DNA of 64,000 nucleotides from an uncultured bacterium (GTDB lineage Bacteria; Chlamydiota; Chlamydiia; Chlamydiales; JAAKFR01): NCBI GenBank assembly GCA_964588495.1, contig CAZPPS010000010.1, positions 1,281 to 65,280 of the forward strand, read 5' to 3'. Shown piece by piece: positions 55,615 to 64,000 of this stretch (position 1 is its first letter; each line of letters starts with the position of its first letter). The notes under the pieces were generated by a model. It saw only the letters and a program-made list of their open reading frames with translations, ran no database searches and was not told where the DNA came from. The position numbers and the translations under genes were made by a program.

Positions 55615-55887
55615 TTATTGAATAACGAGTGCTTTAGATTCTTCAGAACGCGTCGTTTTATAGAACACAATAAATGCCGCCAATAATCCGGCAATGAAGC
55701 CAACCCCGATACCAACTGCGATACCAATGGGGAAGCCTATATAGAACCAACACTCACCGTCCATATGTGGACGACACGCTAATGCAGCAGAGACGAAAGA
55801 AGAAACTAGAGCTGTGACTACACCACTTCCAACTCCCACTAATAGACTGGCCTTAGAAGAATCTTGAAATATTGCTGAAATAGTCAT
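55615..55887 (-). CDS. Small glycine-zipper-like membrane protein
   Basis: MTISAIF...LLVGVGSGVVTALVSSFVSAAL ... FYIGFPIGIAVGIGVGFIAGLLAAFIVFY. The longer track ORF (to 56154) has an Arg-rich, implausible N-terminal extension. Confidence 0.5.
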   Translation of the reverse strand: MTISAIFQDSSKASLLVGVGSGVVTALVSSFVSAALACRPHMDGECWFYIGFPIGIAVGIGVGFIAGLLAAFIVFYKTTRSEESKALVIQ

Positions 55888-55946
55888 AAATGGTACTCCA
55901 TTTTCCCATTCATCGTGGTATAATGTTCTTTTTAAGAAACAAAATT

Positions 55947-56201
55947 TTAATTTCCATGAGATGGACGAACACACCGAGTAATAAGGTTTCTTGCGACGGC
56001 GGTCACTACATATACGACAAGGAGTCCGATTGCGGCGCAAACAATCCCTTCTGTCATCGTGCCTGAGGTTCCAGGAGAAACCTTTTTCCAAACCTGAGTA
56101 GCCAGGTAACCGACGACGAAACCGGCAACTGCTCCAATTTGTCGGGCTTTCCACGTAATGTTTCCTGGGTTTCTGTATTCAATTATGAAACCAACAGTCA
56201 T
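55947..56201 (-). CDS. Small membrane protein
   Basis: Two hydrophobic segments: IGAVAGFVVGYLATQVW and GIVCAAIGLLVVYVVTAV. Confidence 0.45.
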   Translation of the reverse strand: MTVGFIIEYRNPGNITWKARQIGAVAGFVVGYLATQVWKKVSPGTSGTMTEGIVCAAIGLLVVYVVTAVARNLITRCVRPSHGN

Positions 56202-56300
56202 AATCTGTCCTTTTTTTGGTTATCTATTTTAGGCTTAAGGCCTTTTTTTAGATACAATATCTCGGAAGCCCTCGTGTTTCATGGCTGTGGGAAATTCAAC

Positions 56301-56498
56301 GCACAGGAAGCAAAGTCACTAAGACGCAAAGATATATTTTATGTTTTTTGCCTTCTCTCTGTCCTCTGTGGTTTTTTAATTTACCGCAACATTTTGATCC
56401 TAAAGCCTGTGGAAATTTATTAAACCACAGAGGACACAGAGAACAGAGAGAAAATTTTTTTCTTTTTCTTTGCGTCTTTGTGACTTTGCTTCTTTGCC
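56301..56498. repeat. Family A nested palindromic repeat, copy A6
   Basis: Outer arms are gcacaggaagcaaagtcactaagacgcaaagata and ctttgcgtctttgtgactttgcttctttgcc. Inner arms are ccttctctctgtcctctgtggtttttta and taaaccacagaggacacagagaacagagag. Confidence 0.9.
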
Positions 56499-56591
56499 TT
56501 TTATTACCCACGAGCACAGAACTCGGGACGGTCACGGTCACGCACGGAAAAAATAATAGATTTTCTTTTCTTAATAGTGCAAAATATTGGG

Positions 56592-57635
56592 ATGCAAACA
56601 GTAATCGTCGGAATGTCCGGAGGAGTCGACTCATCGGTCACAGCCCTTTTGCTTAAAAAACAGGGCTACCGGGTGATTGGCCTTTTCATGAAAAACTGGG
56701 AAGAGGAGGGCCCTTGTCCAGCAGAAAAGGACTATGAAGATGTCGTTTCAGTTTGTCAGCAGCTCGACATTCCTCACTATTCGGTCAATTTTTCAAAACA
56801 TTATTGGGATAAAGTTTTTTCCAAGTGTCTCGACGAATATCGAGCAGGCTACACTCCCAATCCCGACATTTTGTGCAATCGGGAGATCAAATTTAAAGTC
56901 TTTTTTGAAAAAGCGATGGAGCTGGGGGCCGATTTTCTGGCAACGGGCCACTATTGCACCAAATCTTTTCATAATAGCGAATGGTGGCTTGGAAGGGGAG
57001 TCGATCCAGACAAAGACCAGAGCTATTTTTTATATACACTCAAAAGCGAGATTTTAAAAAAAGTCCTGTTTCCTATCGGAGATCTTTCCAAAAAAGAGGT
57101 GCGAGAGCTTGCGGCCAAACATAACCTTTCAACTGCCCAAAAAAAAGATAGCACGGGTATCTGTTTCATCGGAAAAAGAGATTTTAAAACATTTTTAAAT
57201 CAGTATATTCCCAGTAATCCCGGCAATTTTGAAAGACTAGACGGTACGGTTGTGGGTAAGCACGACGGGATTGCTTTTTACACGATTGGCCAACGAAAAG
57301 GGCTAGGTCTTGGTGGCGCTGGTGATGCGTGGTATGTGATGGGCAAAGATGTCCCCCGCAATGTGGTCATTGTCGAACGGGGAGATCACCACGAAGAGCT
57401 TTACAAAGAAGAGCTCACAGCCTCTGATGTGAGCTGGGTCGGAAGTTGTCCCACATTTCCTCTAGAATGCACCGCAAAAGTGCGCTATAGAACCGCTGAT
57501 GTTCCCTGCACAGTCTTCCAACACGATAGCGGAATCCAAGTGCGCTTCCATTCCCCGCAAAAAGCCATAACCTCCCGCCAATCGATCGTCTTCTATCAAG
57601 GCTCCCTCTGCCTCGGTGGTGCCCTTATCAATTAA
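56592..57635 (+). CDS. mnmA: tRNA-specific 2-thiouridylase MnmA
   Basis: It has the PP-loop VIVGMSGGVDSSV, plus NPDILCN and ATGHY. The track starts at GTG 56577. Confidence 0.93.
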   Translation: MQTVIVGMSGGVDSSVTALLLKKQGYRVIGLFMKNWEEEGPCPAEKDYEDVVSVCQQLDIPHYSVNFSKHYWDKVFSKCLDEYRAGYTPNPDILCNREIKFKVFFEKAMELGADFLATGHYCTKSFHNSEWWLGRGVDPDKDQSYFLYTLKSEILKKVLFPIGDLSKKEVRELAAKHNLSTAQKKDSTGICFIGKRDFKTFLNQYIPSNPGNFERLDGTVVGKHDGIAFYTIGQRKGLGLGGAGDAWYVMGKDVPRNVVIVERGDHHEELYKEELTASDVSWVGSCPTFPLECTAKVRYRTADVPCTVFQHDSGIQVRFHSPQKAITSRQSIVFYQGSLCLGGALIN

Positions 57636-57722
57636 GGTTGAGAGTCTGGATCGCACGATTTTGCTTGTCAGATATTTCGATTAAAATTATCTGTATATTT
57701 TATATCTTAAAGGGGAAAAATA

Positions 57723-57992
57723 ATGGCGCAAGAAAAAGATTTTGCTAAAATCATTGCTAAATGCTGGAGCGATCCCAAATTTAAAGAGGAGCTCTTCAAA
57801 AACCCTGAAGCTGTTTTAAAACAAAATGGGATCAAAATTCCTGAGGGTAAAAAAATCCAGGTCCATGAAAACACATCCGAGGTTTTCAATTTAGTGATTC
57901 CCCAAAAACCTGCTGGACAACTCGCAGAGAAAGATTTGGAAAAAGTGGCCGGTGGTGATTGGGAACTTCCTAACAGTGACTATTGTGTGTAG
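57723..57992 (+). CDS. NHLP (nitrile-hydratase-like leader peptide) family RiPP precursor; predicted core DWELPNSDYCV
   Basis: The leader FAKIIAKCWSDPKFKEELFKNPEAVLKQNGIKIPEGKKIQVHENTSEVFNLVIPQKP...LEKVAGG matches the NHLP pattern, including the double-Gly cleavage motif. The core is at nt 57957-57989. A Shine-Dalgarno AGGGG lies 8 nt upstream. Confidence 0.8.
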   Translation: MAQEKDFAKIIAKCWSDPKFKEELFKNPEAVLKQNGIKIPEGKKIQVHENTSEVFNLVIPQKPAGQLAEKDLEKVAGGDWELPNSDYCV

Positions 57993-58197
57993 AGCAAGCC
58001 GTCGCTACCAGTACCTTTATCAGCTGGATCGTCGGCCCCATCAGCTATTGTGACTTTTATGCGTCCTTGAACTTGCTCCAAAAGATTTTCTGTCCATTGC
58101 ACAATCAACAACACTACTTTCTGTTGTTGTCTCTGCGACAATCTCTTGCTTCTTTGCGTTTAAATATTTTTTAAAAAAAGTGCGTTAGAAATATAAG

Positions 58198-58225
58198 AGC
58201 CCGGAGATGACTCCGGGCTTTTTTT
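58198..58225 (+). terminator. Rho-independent terminator (plus-strand oriented, abutting the clpC stop)
   Basis: agcccggag-atga-ctccgggct followed by T6. Confidence 0.75.
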
Positions 58226-60707
58226 AGGCAGCAGGGGCAGGCGCTGCTGGGATTTCCAGCTCGTCGAAGATGAGTTTTTCATCTTTGACGCTGATGCGGT
58301 ACTTCTTGGCCTGGCCAGGCTGCAAGATCAGCTTTTCGGCGAGGGGATCTTCCACATACTGCTCGAGCGCACGGCGTAAAGGACGTGCTCCCATCTCAGG
58401 GACGTGTCCGACTTTAACGAGATGATGGATTGCATCTTCTGTCATCTCGATAAAAATGTGGTATTTAGCCAAACGCTTTTTCACTTTTTCGAGTTCCAGA
58501 TGGACAATTTCAGAAAGTCCTGCCTCGTCGAGCGGCTTAAAGATGACCGTTCCATCGAGTCTATTGATAAACTCAGGCTTCAGGTGCTTTTTCATCGCCC
58601 CTTCGATCTTCTCTTTGATCACCTTAAACTCTGGCAGTCCTGTTCTTCCAGAGAAACCAATGTCGCTGGATTTGCGGATCAGATCGGCTCCCAAGTTGGA
58701 GGTCATGATCACAATCGCATGGCGGAAATCCACTTTTCTTCCAAAAGAATCGGTAAGCCTTCCATCTTCAAGGATCTGGAGGAGCAGATCCATCACATCT
58801 GGGTGGGCTTTTTCAATCTCATCGAATAAGACGACACAATAAGGACGCTGGCGGACACGCTCCGTGAGCTGGCCACCCTCTTCATGGCCAACATAGCCTG
58901 GAGGGGAGCCGGTCATACGACTGACCGCAAATTTTTCCATGTACTCAGACATGTCGACTTGGATGAGCGCATCTTCGCCCCCATACATGTGCTGGGCAAG
59001 AAGGCGTGCCAAGTGCGTTTTACCAACCCCTGTGGGGCCTAAAAAGAGGAAAGAGCCGGTTGGACGGTTTGGATCTTTAATTCCCGTGCGCCCTCTTCGG
59101 ATTGCTCTACAAACAGCATCGACCGCTTCGTCTTGGCCAATAATCTGAGAGCGGAGCGTCTCTTCCATCTTCATCAATTTTTGGGTCTCTTCTTCCGTCA
59201 ATTGAGTGACAGGAATTCCTGTTTGAGATGAGACAACAAGAGCGACTGCATCCTCATCTACTGGGACTTGATGCTCGTCTTTGTGCGTTTCCCACTCTGA
59301 GCGGATCGTTTGGAGCTTTTCTCTCAGCTTTTTCTCATCATCGCGCAGCCGTGCTGCTTTTTCATACTCTTGCGTGCTGATCGCCTTCTCTTTGGCCTGA
59401 CGCGTCTCTTCAATTTGGGCTTCAAGATTTGCAATATCAGAAGGTTGATTCATTGTTGCTATGCGCATACGGGCGCCTGCTTCATCGAGCAGATCGATCG
59501 CCTTATCGGGTAAGAAACGGCCGTAAACATATCTATCAGACAAAATCGCAGCAGCTTGCAGCGCTTCATCTGTGATAGTCACATTGTGGTGCTCTTCGTA
59601 TTTTTTCTTCAAACCGCGCAAAATTTCGATCGTGTCATCCACGCTAGGCGGCTGCACGAGAATTTTTTGGAAACGGCGCTCTAAAGCGGCATCCTTTTCA
59701 ATGTGTTTTCTATATTCGTCAATTGTTGTGGCGCCAATACACTGAAGCTCACCTCTTGAGAGTGCAGGTTTTAAAATATTGGAGGCATCGATAGCCCCTT
59801 CAGCAGCTCCGGCGCCCACGATTGTGTGCAGCTCATCGATAAAAAGGAGAATGTTTCCATGCTTTTTGATCTCATCCATGACCGCTTTGATCCGCTCTTC
59901 GAACTGGCCTCGGTATTTGGTTCCAGCGATCATAAGAGCTAAATCGAGTGTGATGAGCTTTTTCTTTCTCAAATTGTCGGGAACTTCACCCTTGACAATT
60001 CTTTGGGCAAGTCCTTCCACAATCGCCGTTTTTCCAACCCCTGCTTCTCCGATCAAAACGGGATTATTTTTCCGTCTGCGGCACAAAATGAGGATCAGTC
60101 TTTCAACCTCTGAGGATCTTCCGATGACAGGATCGAGCTTCCCTTCACGGCTCATTTCAGTCAGATCGTAACCATAAGCGCGCAATGCCGGCAGTTTTTC
60201 TGACGATTTTTCTTGATTTTTGGCAGAAGAGCCTCCGCCGCCCGATGAGCTGGGGGGAAGCTGTAAATTAAAGGTTTCAAGCTCTCTAAGAACTTCTTTG
60301 CGTACCTCTTGAAGGTCGACATTGAGGTTTTCCAATACTTGAGCGCCTACGCCATCTGTCTGACGCAAAAGTCCTAACAGGAGATGCTCTGTCCCCACAT
60401 AATTATGGCCGAGATTGGCAGCTTCTTCGTTGGCAAATTCAAAAACTTTTTTGACTCTCCCCGTGAGAGCAGGATCTCCATAGACCTGAATTTCAGGACC
60501 ATAGCCAACTAAACGTTCAACTTCCTGCCGGACAGTTTCAAAATCGAGGCCAAGATTGCGCAGGACATTGACTGCAACTCCTTGGCCCAATTTCAATAAG
60601 CCTAAAAGTAGGTGTTCGGTTCCTAAATAATTGTGATTGAGTCTTTGGGCTTCTTTTTTTGCCAGCTTGATGACTTGTTTTGCGCGATTTGTGAACTTAT
60701 CAAACAT
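58224..60707 (-). CDS. clpC: ATP-dependent Clp protease ATP-binding subunit ClpC
   Basis: It has two Clp_N repeats, two AAA modules ([18 protein letters not shown]) and a UVR-like motif ([16 protein letters not shown]). The protein is 827 aa. Confidence 0.95.
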   Translation of the reverse strand: MFDKFTNRAKQVIKLAKKEAQRLNHNYLGTEHLLLGLLKLGQGVAVNVLRNLGLDFETVRQEVERLVGYGPEIQVYGDPALTGRVKKVFEFANEEAANLGHNYVGTEHLLLGLLRQTDGVGAQVLENLNVDLQEVRKEVLRELETFNLQLPPSSSGGGGSSAKNQEKSSEKLPALRAYGYDLTEMSREGKLDPVIGRSSEVERLILILCRRRKNNPVLIGEAGVGKTAIVEGLAQRIVKGEVPDNLRKKKLITLDLALMIAGTKYRGQFEERIKAVMDEIKKHGNILLFIDELHTIVGAGAAEGAIDASNILKPALSRGELQCIGATTIDEYRKHIEKDAALERRFQKILVQPPSVDDTIEILRGLKKKYEEHHNVTITDEALQAAAILSDRYVYGRFLPDKAIDLLDEAGARMRIATMNQPSDIANLEAQIEETRQAKEKAISTQEYEKAARLRDDEKKLREKLQTIRSEWETHKDEHQVPVDEDAVALVVSSQTGIPVTQLTEEETQKLMKMEETLRSQIIGQDEAVDAVCRAIRRGRTGIKDPNRPTGSFLFLGPTGVGKTHLARLLAQHMYGGEDALIQVDMSEYMEKFAVSRMTGSPPGYVGHEEGGQLTERVRQRPYCVVLFDEIEKAHPDVMDLLLQILEDGRLTDSFGRKVDFRHAIVIMTSNLGADLIRKSSDIGFSGRTGLPEFKVIKEKIEGAMKKHLKPEFINRLDGTVIFKPLDEAGLSEIVHLELEKVKKRLAKYHIFIEMTEDAIHHLVKVGHVPEMGARPLRRALEQYVEDPLAEKLILQPGQAKKYRISVKDEKLIFDELEIPAAPAPAA

Positions 60708-60733
60708 AGGTCTTTTCCGTGGTTCGAGCTTTC

Positions 60734-60896
60734 GAGGATGTTTACAAAATCATCGACATTGCTTTTTGCGCTTTTTTTGCCTGTTAGATTGTTCTAGCTC
60801 GGTCAAGTATTTCTACTATGTCACTCGCAAGAACCAAGCAAACAGGCAAAAAAAAACATCAAAAATCAACTTGTCGCTGACTCTATAAACATCCTC
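60734..60896. repeat. Family C intergenic element, copy C2
   Basis: The outer inverted repeat is gaggatgttta (60734-60744) with taaacatcctc (60886-60896). The interior gctttttgcgctttttttgcctgtt...aaacaggcaaaaaaaaacatcaaaaatca is homologous to C1. Confidence 0.7.
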
Positions 60897-61114
60897 TTGT
60901 GGTAGCGTATACGTTAAAATCAATATTAGTGCTAGACCAATCTTAACTTTTAAAAAGGGGTTAATTCAACTCATTTTTTAAGCAACACAGAGACAAACAA
61001 ATATATTCCAGTTGTTTTTAATGTTAATTTTTTGTTAATCTTTTTCTCCTGAACCTGAGTTTGGGTTATTTTTCTGTGAGAAAAAACAAAACTCAAGTGA
61101 CAAATGGAAGGGTT

Positions 61115-61834
61115 ATGGATTGGAATATTCTCGATACGGGATCTCGCTCAGCTGCTGCAAATATGGAGCTGGATGCGGCCCTTCTATTTGATTTGCAGGA
61201 AGAAAAAGAGGGAATTTTACACCTTTATGATTGGGATCATGATGCGGCCACTTATGGTCATTTTATTGATCCTGAGAACTTTTTAAATATGGAAGGTGTA
61301 AGAAAATATCATCTCGATTTGGCAAAAAGGCCGACTGGCGGAGGGATTATTTTTCACAACTGTGATTTGGCCTTCTCTGTTTTAGTCCCCGCAACCTCTC
61401 CCTGGTTTTCATCAAATCCTCTTGATAATTACGCATTTATTAATAACCGCGTCATTTGGGCTATCCAGAAAATGATCGGTAAACCCGCTGAACTTTTACC
61501 AGAAGAGCCCATTCCTTTAGATCAGCAATGCCGCAGTTTTTGCATGGCGAAACCGACCAAGTACGATGTCATGATTCAGGGAAAAAAAATTGGGGGAGCC
61601 GCTCAAAGAAAGACGCGAGATGGTTTTTTACATCAAGGATCGATTGCCATGGGTTTTTTACCTGAAAGCTTCTTGGTTGAAGTGTTAGCGGGTGGATCTC
61701 AAGTGCTTGAGGGTATGAAACAAAATAGCTTTACACTTCTTGGCTCTGGCTGGAACGAAGAACAGCTCAAAAAAGCAAGACAGGAGCTGCGTCAATTGTT
61801 AATGCAAGCTTTTTCAGATGCATATGATGGTTAA
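61115..61834 (+). CDS. Lipoate-protein ligase A / octanoyltransferase-family protein (BPL_LplA_LipB catalytic domain)
   Basis: RPTGGGIIFHNCDLAFSVLV and KKIGGAAQRKTRDGFLHQGSI are present (the catalytic Lys context). The track starts at 61061. Confidence 0.75.
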   Translation: MDWNILDTGSRSAAANMELDAALLFDLQEEKEGILHLYDWDHDAATYGHFIDPENFLNMEGVRKYHLDLAKRPTGGGIIFHNCDLAFSVLVPATSPWFSSNPLDNYAFINNRVIWAIQKMIGKPAELLPEEPIPLDQQCRSFCMAKPTKYDVMIQGKKIGGAAQRKTRDGFLHQGSIAMGFLPESFLVEVLAGGSQVLEGMKQNSFTLLGSGWNEEQLKKARQELRQLLMQAFSDAYDG

Positions 61835-61843
61835 AAGAGGCAA

Positions 61844-62011
61844 TTGCAAAACTCATTTACCCGGCAAAATCGCTCTTTTGAGGCCATTTGCATCCATTCT
61901 CCTCGGCCGGCTCAACGAAGGCCGCCCTCGTCAAATGGAACGTGGCAGCTTTGCTGCCACTTGCAACTGGCCTCAAAATCATCAATTTTTCCGGGCAAAG
62001 CAGTTTTGCAA
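61844..62011. repeat. Palindromic element between the lplA-like gene and the first PLD gene
   Basis: The arms are ttgcaaaactcatttacccggcaaaatcgctcttttgaggccatttgca and ttgcaactggcctcaaaatcatcaatttttccgggcaaagcagttttgcaa. An inner perfect hairpin gtggcagc-ttt-gctgccac lies at 61942-61960. Confidence 0.7.
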
Positions 62012-63383
62012 CTACCTCAAAAGATTTCTTTTTTGCACATGTTTGTTCTTTTTAGCGTTTCGTCCGGTATCTGCGGAAGACAACCGGGTGATTGTGTGTG
62101 AAAATGGCCTCGAAATGCTCGCATGGGATTTGGATTTTCTCAAAAATGCGGAGCAATCTGTGGAGATGCTTCCCTGCTTTTTTGGGGGCGATATTGCCCA
62201 GATACTACTCAAAGCCGTTGAGAAGCGCTTGTCAGAAGTTTCTACACTCCAAGTTCATATGTTAGCTTCTGCTGTCTTTATGGAAGAAGAAGATTGGGAT
62301 CTTGTTCATTCTTTACGTTTAAACTATCCCGATAATTTTCATTTTGTGCTTGCTGTCCAAGTCCCTTTATTTTCTACAGAAGTGACCACAATCGACAATC
62401 ACGTCAAAATGTTTGTCGTCGATGAACATTATTTTTCCGCAGGGGGGACTAATCTCGAAGAGCGGCATTGTTCTGAGGGGACATTCAACCCCAAAAAACC
62501 GACGAAAAATACAAAAACAGCTGCGAATTTGCTCTCTGAGGCCATGCGCGATCAAGATATTGTGGGAGCTGGCCCCCTTGCCAAAGATTTAAGACACTTA
62601 TTTTTTGATCTATTCTCCATTTGGGAGAACTACGAAAAAAACCTGATCTTGTACACAGATCCTAAAAAATCCTTAAGCTATAACCATTATTTTGAAGTGA
62701 ATGCCACACCCTTTGCTCCCCTTTTTGAGCATTCCAATAGGATAAGGGAGCTCAAACCTGGGAAAGTTGAGATATTTCTTGGCGGCCCTCATCAAAAAAA
62801 CAACAAAGTCACAGAAAAATACCTGAGTTTGATCCGGGAAGCAAAAGAAGAAATTATTCTTGAGCATCTCTATTTTCTCCCGATAGACCCCATTCTTGAA
62901 GCTCTTATGGATGCGGCAAGGCGGGGAGTCAAAATCACTTTAGTCACAAATGGAATTTCTGAAAAAAGCCCCGATGGAGCTTTGTGCTTTGTTTGGGGCA
63001 ATAGAATGTCCTATGTCCCCTTGTTTTATGGGGACACCTTTCATTTTTGGGATATTTGCTCTATAAAGAAAATGGTACCCAAAAATACGCAAATCTTTGA
63101 ATATAATGTAGATCAGGTGTACTTGCACAAAAAAGTGATGCTCGTTGATCGCAAAATTGCTCTCGTTGGAAGCTATAATTTCAGCGTGAAAAGCGCCTAT
63201 GGCGATTATGAGCTGGTTTGTGTCATCGATTCTCCTGAAGTTACTGGTGATGTGTACAAAGTTTTCCAAAGAGATTTGAAATTTTCGCGTCAAATATCCC
63301 CCCAAGAGGCCTGTGAATGGTATTTTGATCCTTTCCTTTCCTGTTATGGGACAATGCAGAAAAGATTTAGCGGGTTTATGTGA
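61935..63383 (+). CDS. Phospholipase D-family protein (two HKD motifs), paralog 1; start uncertain
   Basis: The HKD motifs are HVKMFVVDEHYFSAGGTNLEE and HKKVMLVDRKIALVGSYNF. A hydrophobic signal-like segment reads FLFCTCLFFLAFRPVSA. The track ORF begins at 61818, but its 5' part overlies the palindromic element. Confidence 0.8.
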   Translation: MERGSFAATCNWPQNHQFFRAKQFCNYLKRFLFCTCLFFLAFRPVSAEDNRVIVCENGLEMLAWDLDFLKNAEQSVEMLPCFFGGDIAQILLKAVEKRLSEVSTLQVHMLASAVFMEEEDWDLVHSLRLNYPDNFHFVLAVQVPLFSTEVTTIDNHVKMFVVDEHYFSAGGTNLEERHCSEGTFNPKKPTKNTKTAANLLSEAMRDQDIVGAGPLAKDLRHLFFDLFSIWENYEKNLILYTDPKKSLSYNHYFEVNATPFAPLFEHSNRIRELKPGKVEIFLGGPHQKNNKVTEKYLSLIREAKEEIILEHLYFLPIDPILEALMDAARRGVKITLVTNGISEKSPDGALCFVWGNRMSYVPLFYGDTFHFWDICSIKKMVPKNTQIFEYNVDQVYLHKKVMLVDRKIALVGSYNFSVKSAYGDYELVCVIDSPEVTGDVYKVFQRDLKFSRQISPQEACEWYFDPFLSCYGTMQKRFSGFM

Positions 63384-64000
63384 AAAAACTAGTCTTATTC
63401 TTTTTACTGATCTGTGCTCCTTGTCTTTTTGCGAATCAAGAAGATAATCAAATTCTTGTCGTTGACAATGGCCTTGAGATGTTCGAGTGGGATCTTGAAT
63501 TTGTCAGTTTTGCTGAACAATCGGTTGAAGTGAATGCCTGTTTTTTAGGGGGAACGATTGCCCAGAGACTCTTTGCTGCCCTCGATGTGAGATTAAGCGA
63601 AGCTTCACAGCTTCACGCTTATATACTGACAGCAGCGATTCTTTTAGAGAAAGAAGATTGGGAATATATTGAGCTTTTAAGAGCCAAATACCCAGGCCGT
63701 TTTCATTTTCAGCTCAATGTCACCGTTCCGACGCTCACTCCAGATATCGCGGGCATCGATAATCATTGTAAAATGTTTATTGTCGACGAAACCTATTTTT
63801 CAGTGGGGGGGACCAATCTCGATCAGTCCCAATGTACAGATGGCAGTTATACCCCACCAAGAAATAACAATAAGCTCTCCACACTTGCAGATTCGCTCCC
63901 TGCCGGAATGCGAGATCAGGACATTGTGGGGAAAGGTTCTTTTGCCCAAAACTTAAGAAAAATGTTTCACCAGCAATATGCGCTGTGGGAGAACTACGAT
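63380..64000 (+). CDS. Phospholipase D-family protein, paralog 2 (partial; runs off window end)
   Basis: Own translation from GTG 63380 (GTGA overlap with the upstream stop) gives VKKLVLFFLLICAPCLFANQEDNQILVVDNGLEMFEWDLEF...NHCKMFIVDETYFSVGGTNLDQ... It is collinear with paralog 1 and open to nt 64000. Confidence 0.8.
   Translation, partial: MKKLVLFFLLICAPCLFANQEDNQILVVDNGLEMFEWDLEFVSFAEQSVEVNACFLGGTIAQRLFAALDVRLSEASQLHAYILTAAILLEKEDWEYIELLRAKYPGRFHFQLNVTVPTLTPDIAGIDNHCKMFIVDETYFSVGGTNLDQSQCTDGSYTPPRNNNKLSTLADSLPAGMRDQDIVGKGSFAQNLRKMFHQQYALWENYD

Noticed and set aside
55615-56154. 179-aa version of the small membrane protein ORF
   Set aside because: The N-terminal 89 residues are Arg/Cys-rich, overlap the neighbouring ORF 55947-56201 in another frame and lack coding character. 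The internal ATG at 55887 gives a coherent 90-aa membrane protein.
12611-56498. Whether the CACAAAGA-type repeats are a CRISPR array
   Set aside because: The copies are dispersed over 44 kb, each is an inverted (hairpin) structure rather than direct repeats with uniform unique spacers, and no cas genes are present.
57983-58174. 63-aa TTG-started ORF overlapping the end of the NHLP precursor gene as a candidate partner or immunity gene
   Set aside because: It has no SD, a non-ATG start and no recognisable motif, and it partly covers repeat-like sequence. I kept it only as a note within the 3'-tail finding.
60715-60740. tRNA-like GGTTCGAGC (T-loop-like) string upstream of clpC
   Set aside because: No complementary T-stem, acceptor stem or anticodon arm can be drawn around it. 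I found no convincing tRNA, rRNA or tmRNA in any intergenic region.

Overview
The window looks like a chromosomal segment from a Chlamydiae-type bacterium, probably an environmental chlamydia. The basis is gene content only: I could run no database search. The backbone is housekeeping: ABC-F (partial), xer recombinase, rnz, lon, tsaB, rpsU-dnaJ, a fused 2-oxoacid dehydrogenase E1 alpha/beta, comEC, hprK-ptsH-ptsI, ybaB-dnaX, a PgpH-like HD protein, a DEAD-box helicase, a phosphohexomutase, mrp, rnc-radA-hemC, hemD, sodA-accD-dut-ptsN-ptsN, mnmA, clpC, an lplA-like gene and tandem PLD paralogs. As far as I remember, several blocks follow Chlamydia trachomatis gene order. Lineage-specific material interrupts this backbone. 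(1) At least ten small genes encode a bilobed hydrophobic domain (Inc-like), including a tandem paralog array at 571-3568 with duplicated promoter and terminator cassettes. (2) A 2503-aa ORF carries a P-loop module that I recall as the eukaryotic DUF3638/DUF3645 type. (3) An orphan NHLP-leader RiPP precursor with an 11-residue core lies between mnmA and clpC. (4) A DUF4143 AAA ATPase is preceded by an array of CGGAGT/ACTCCG palindromes. (5) A glpG-like rhomboid gene is split by one in-frame TAG. (6) At least three families of long, nested palindromic intergenic repeats occur. I found no rRNA, tRNA or CRISPR array. All family calls rest on motifs read by eye, so they need HMM or BLAST confirmation.
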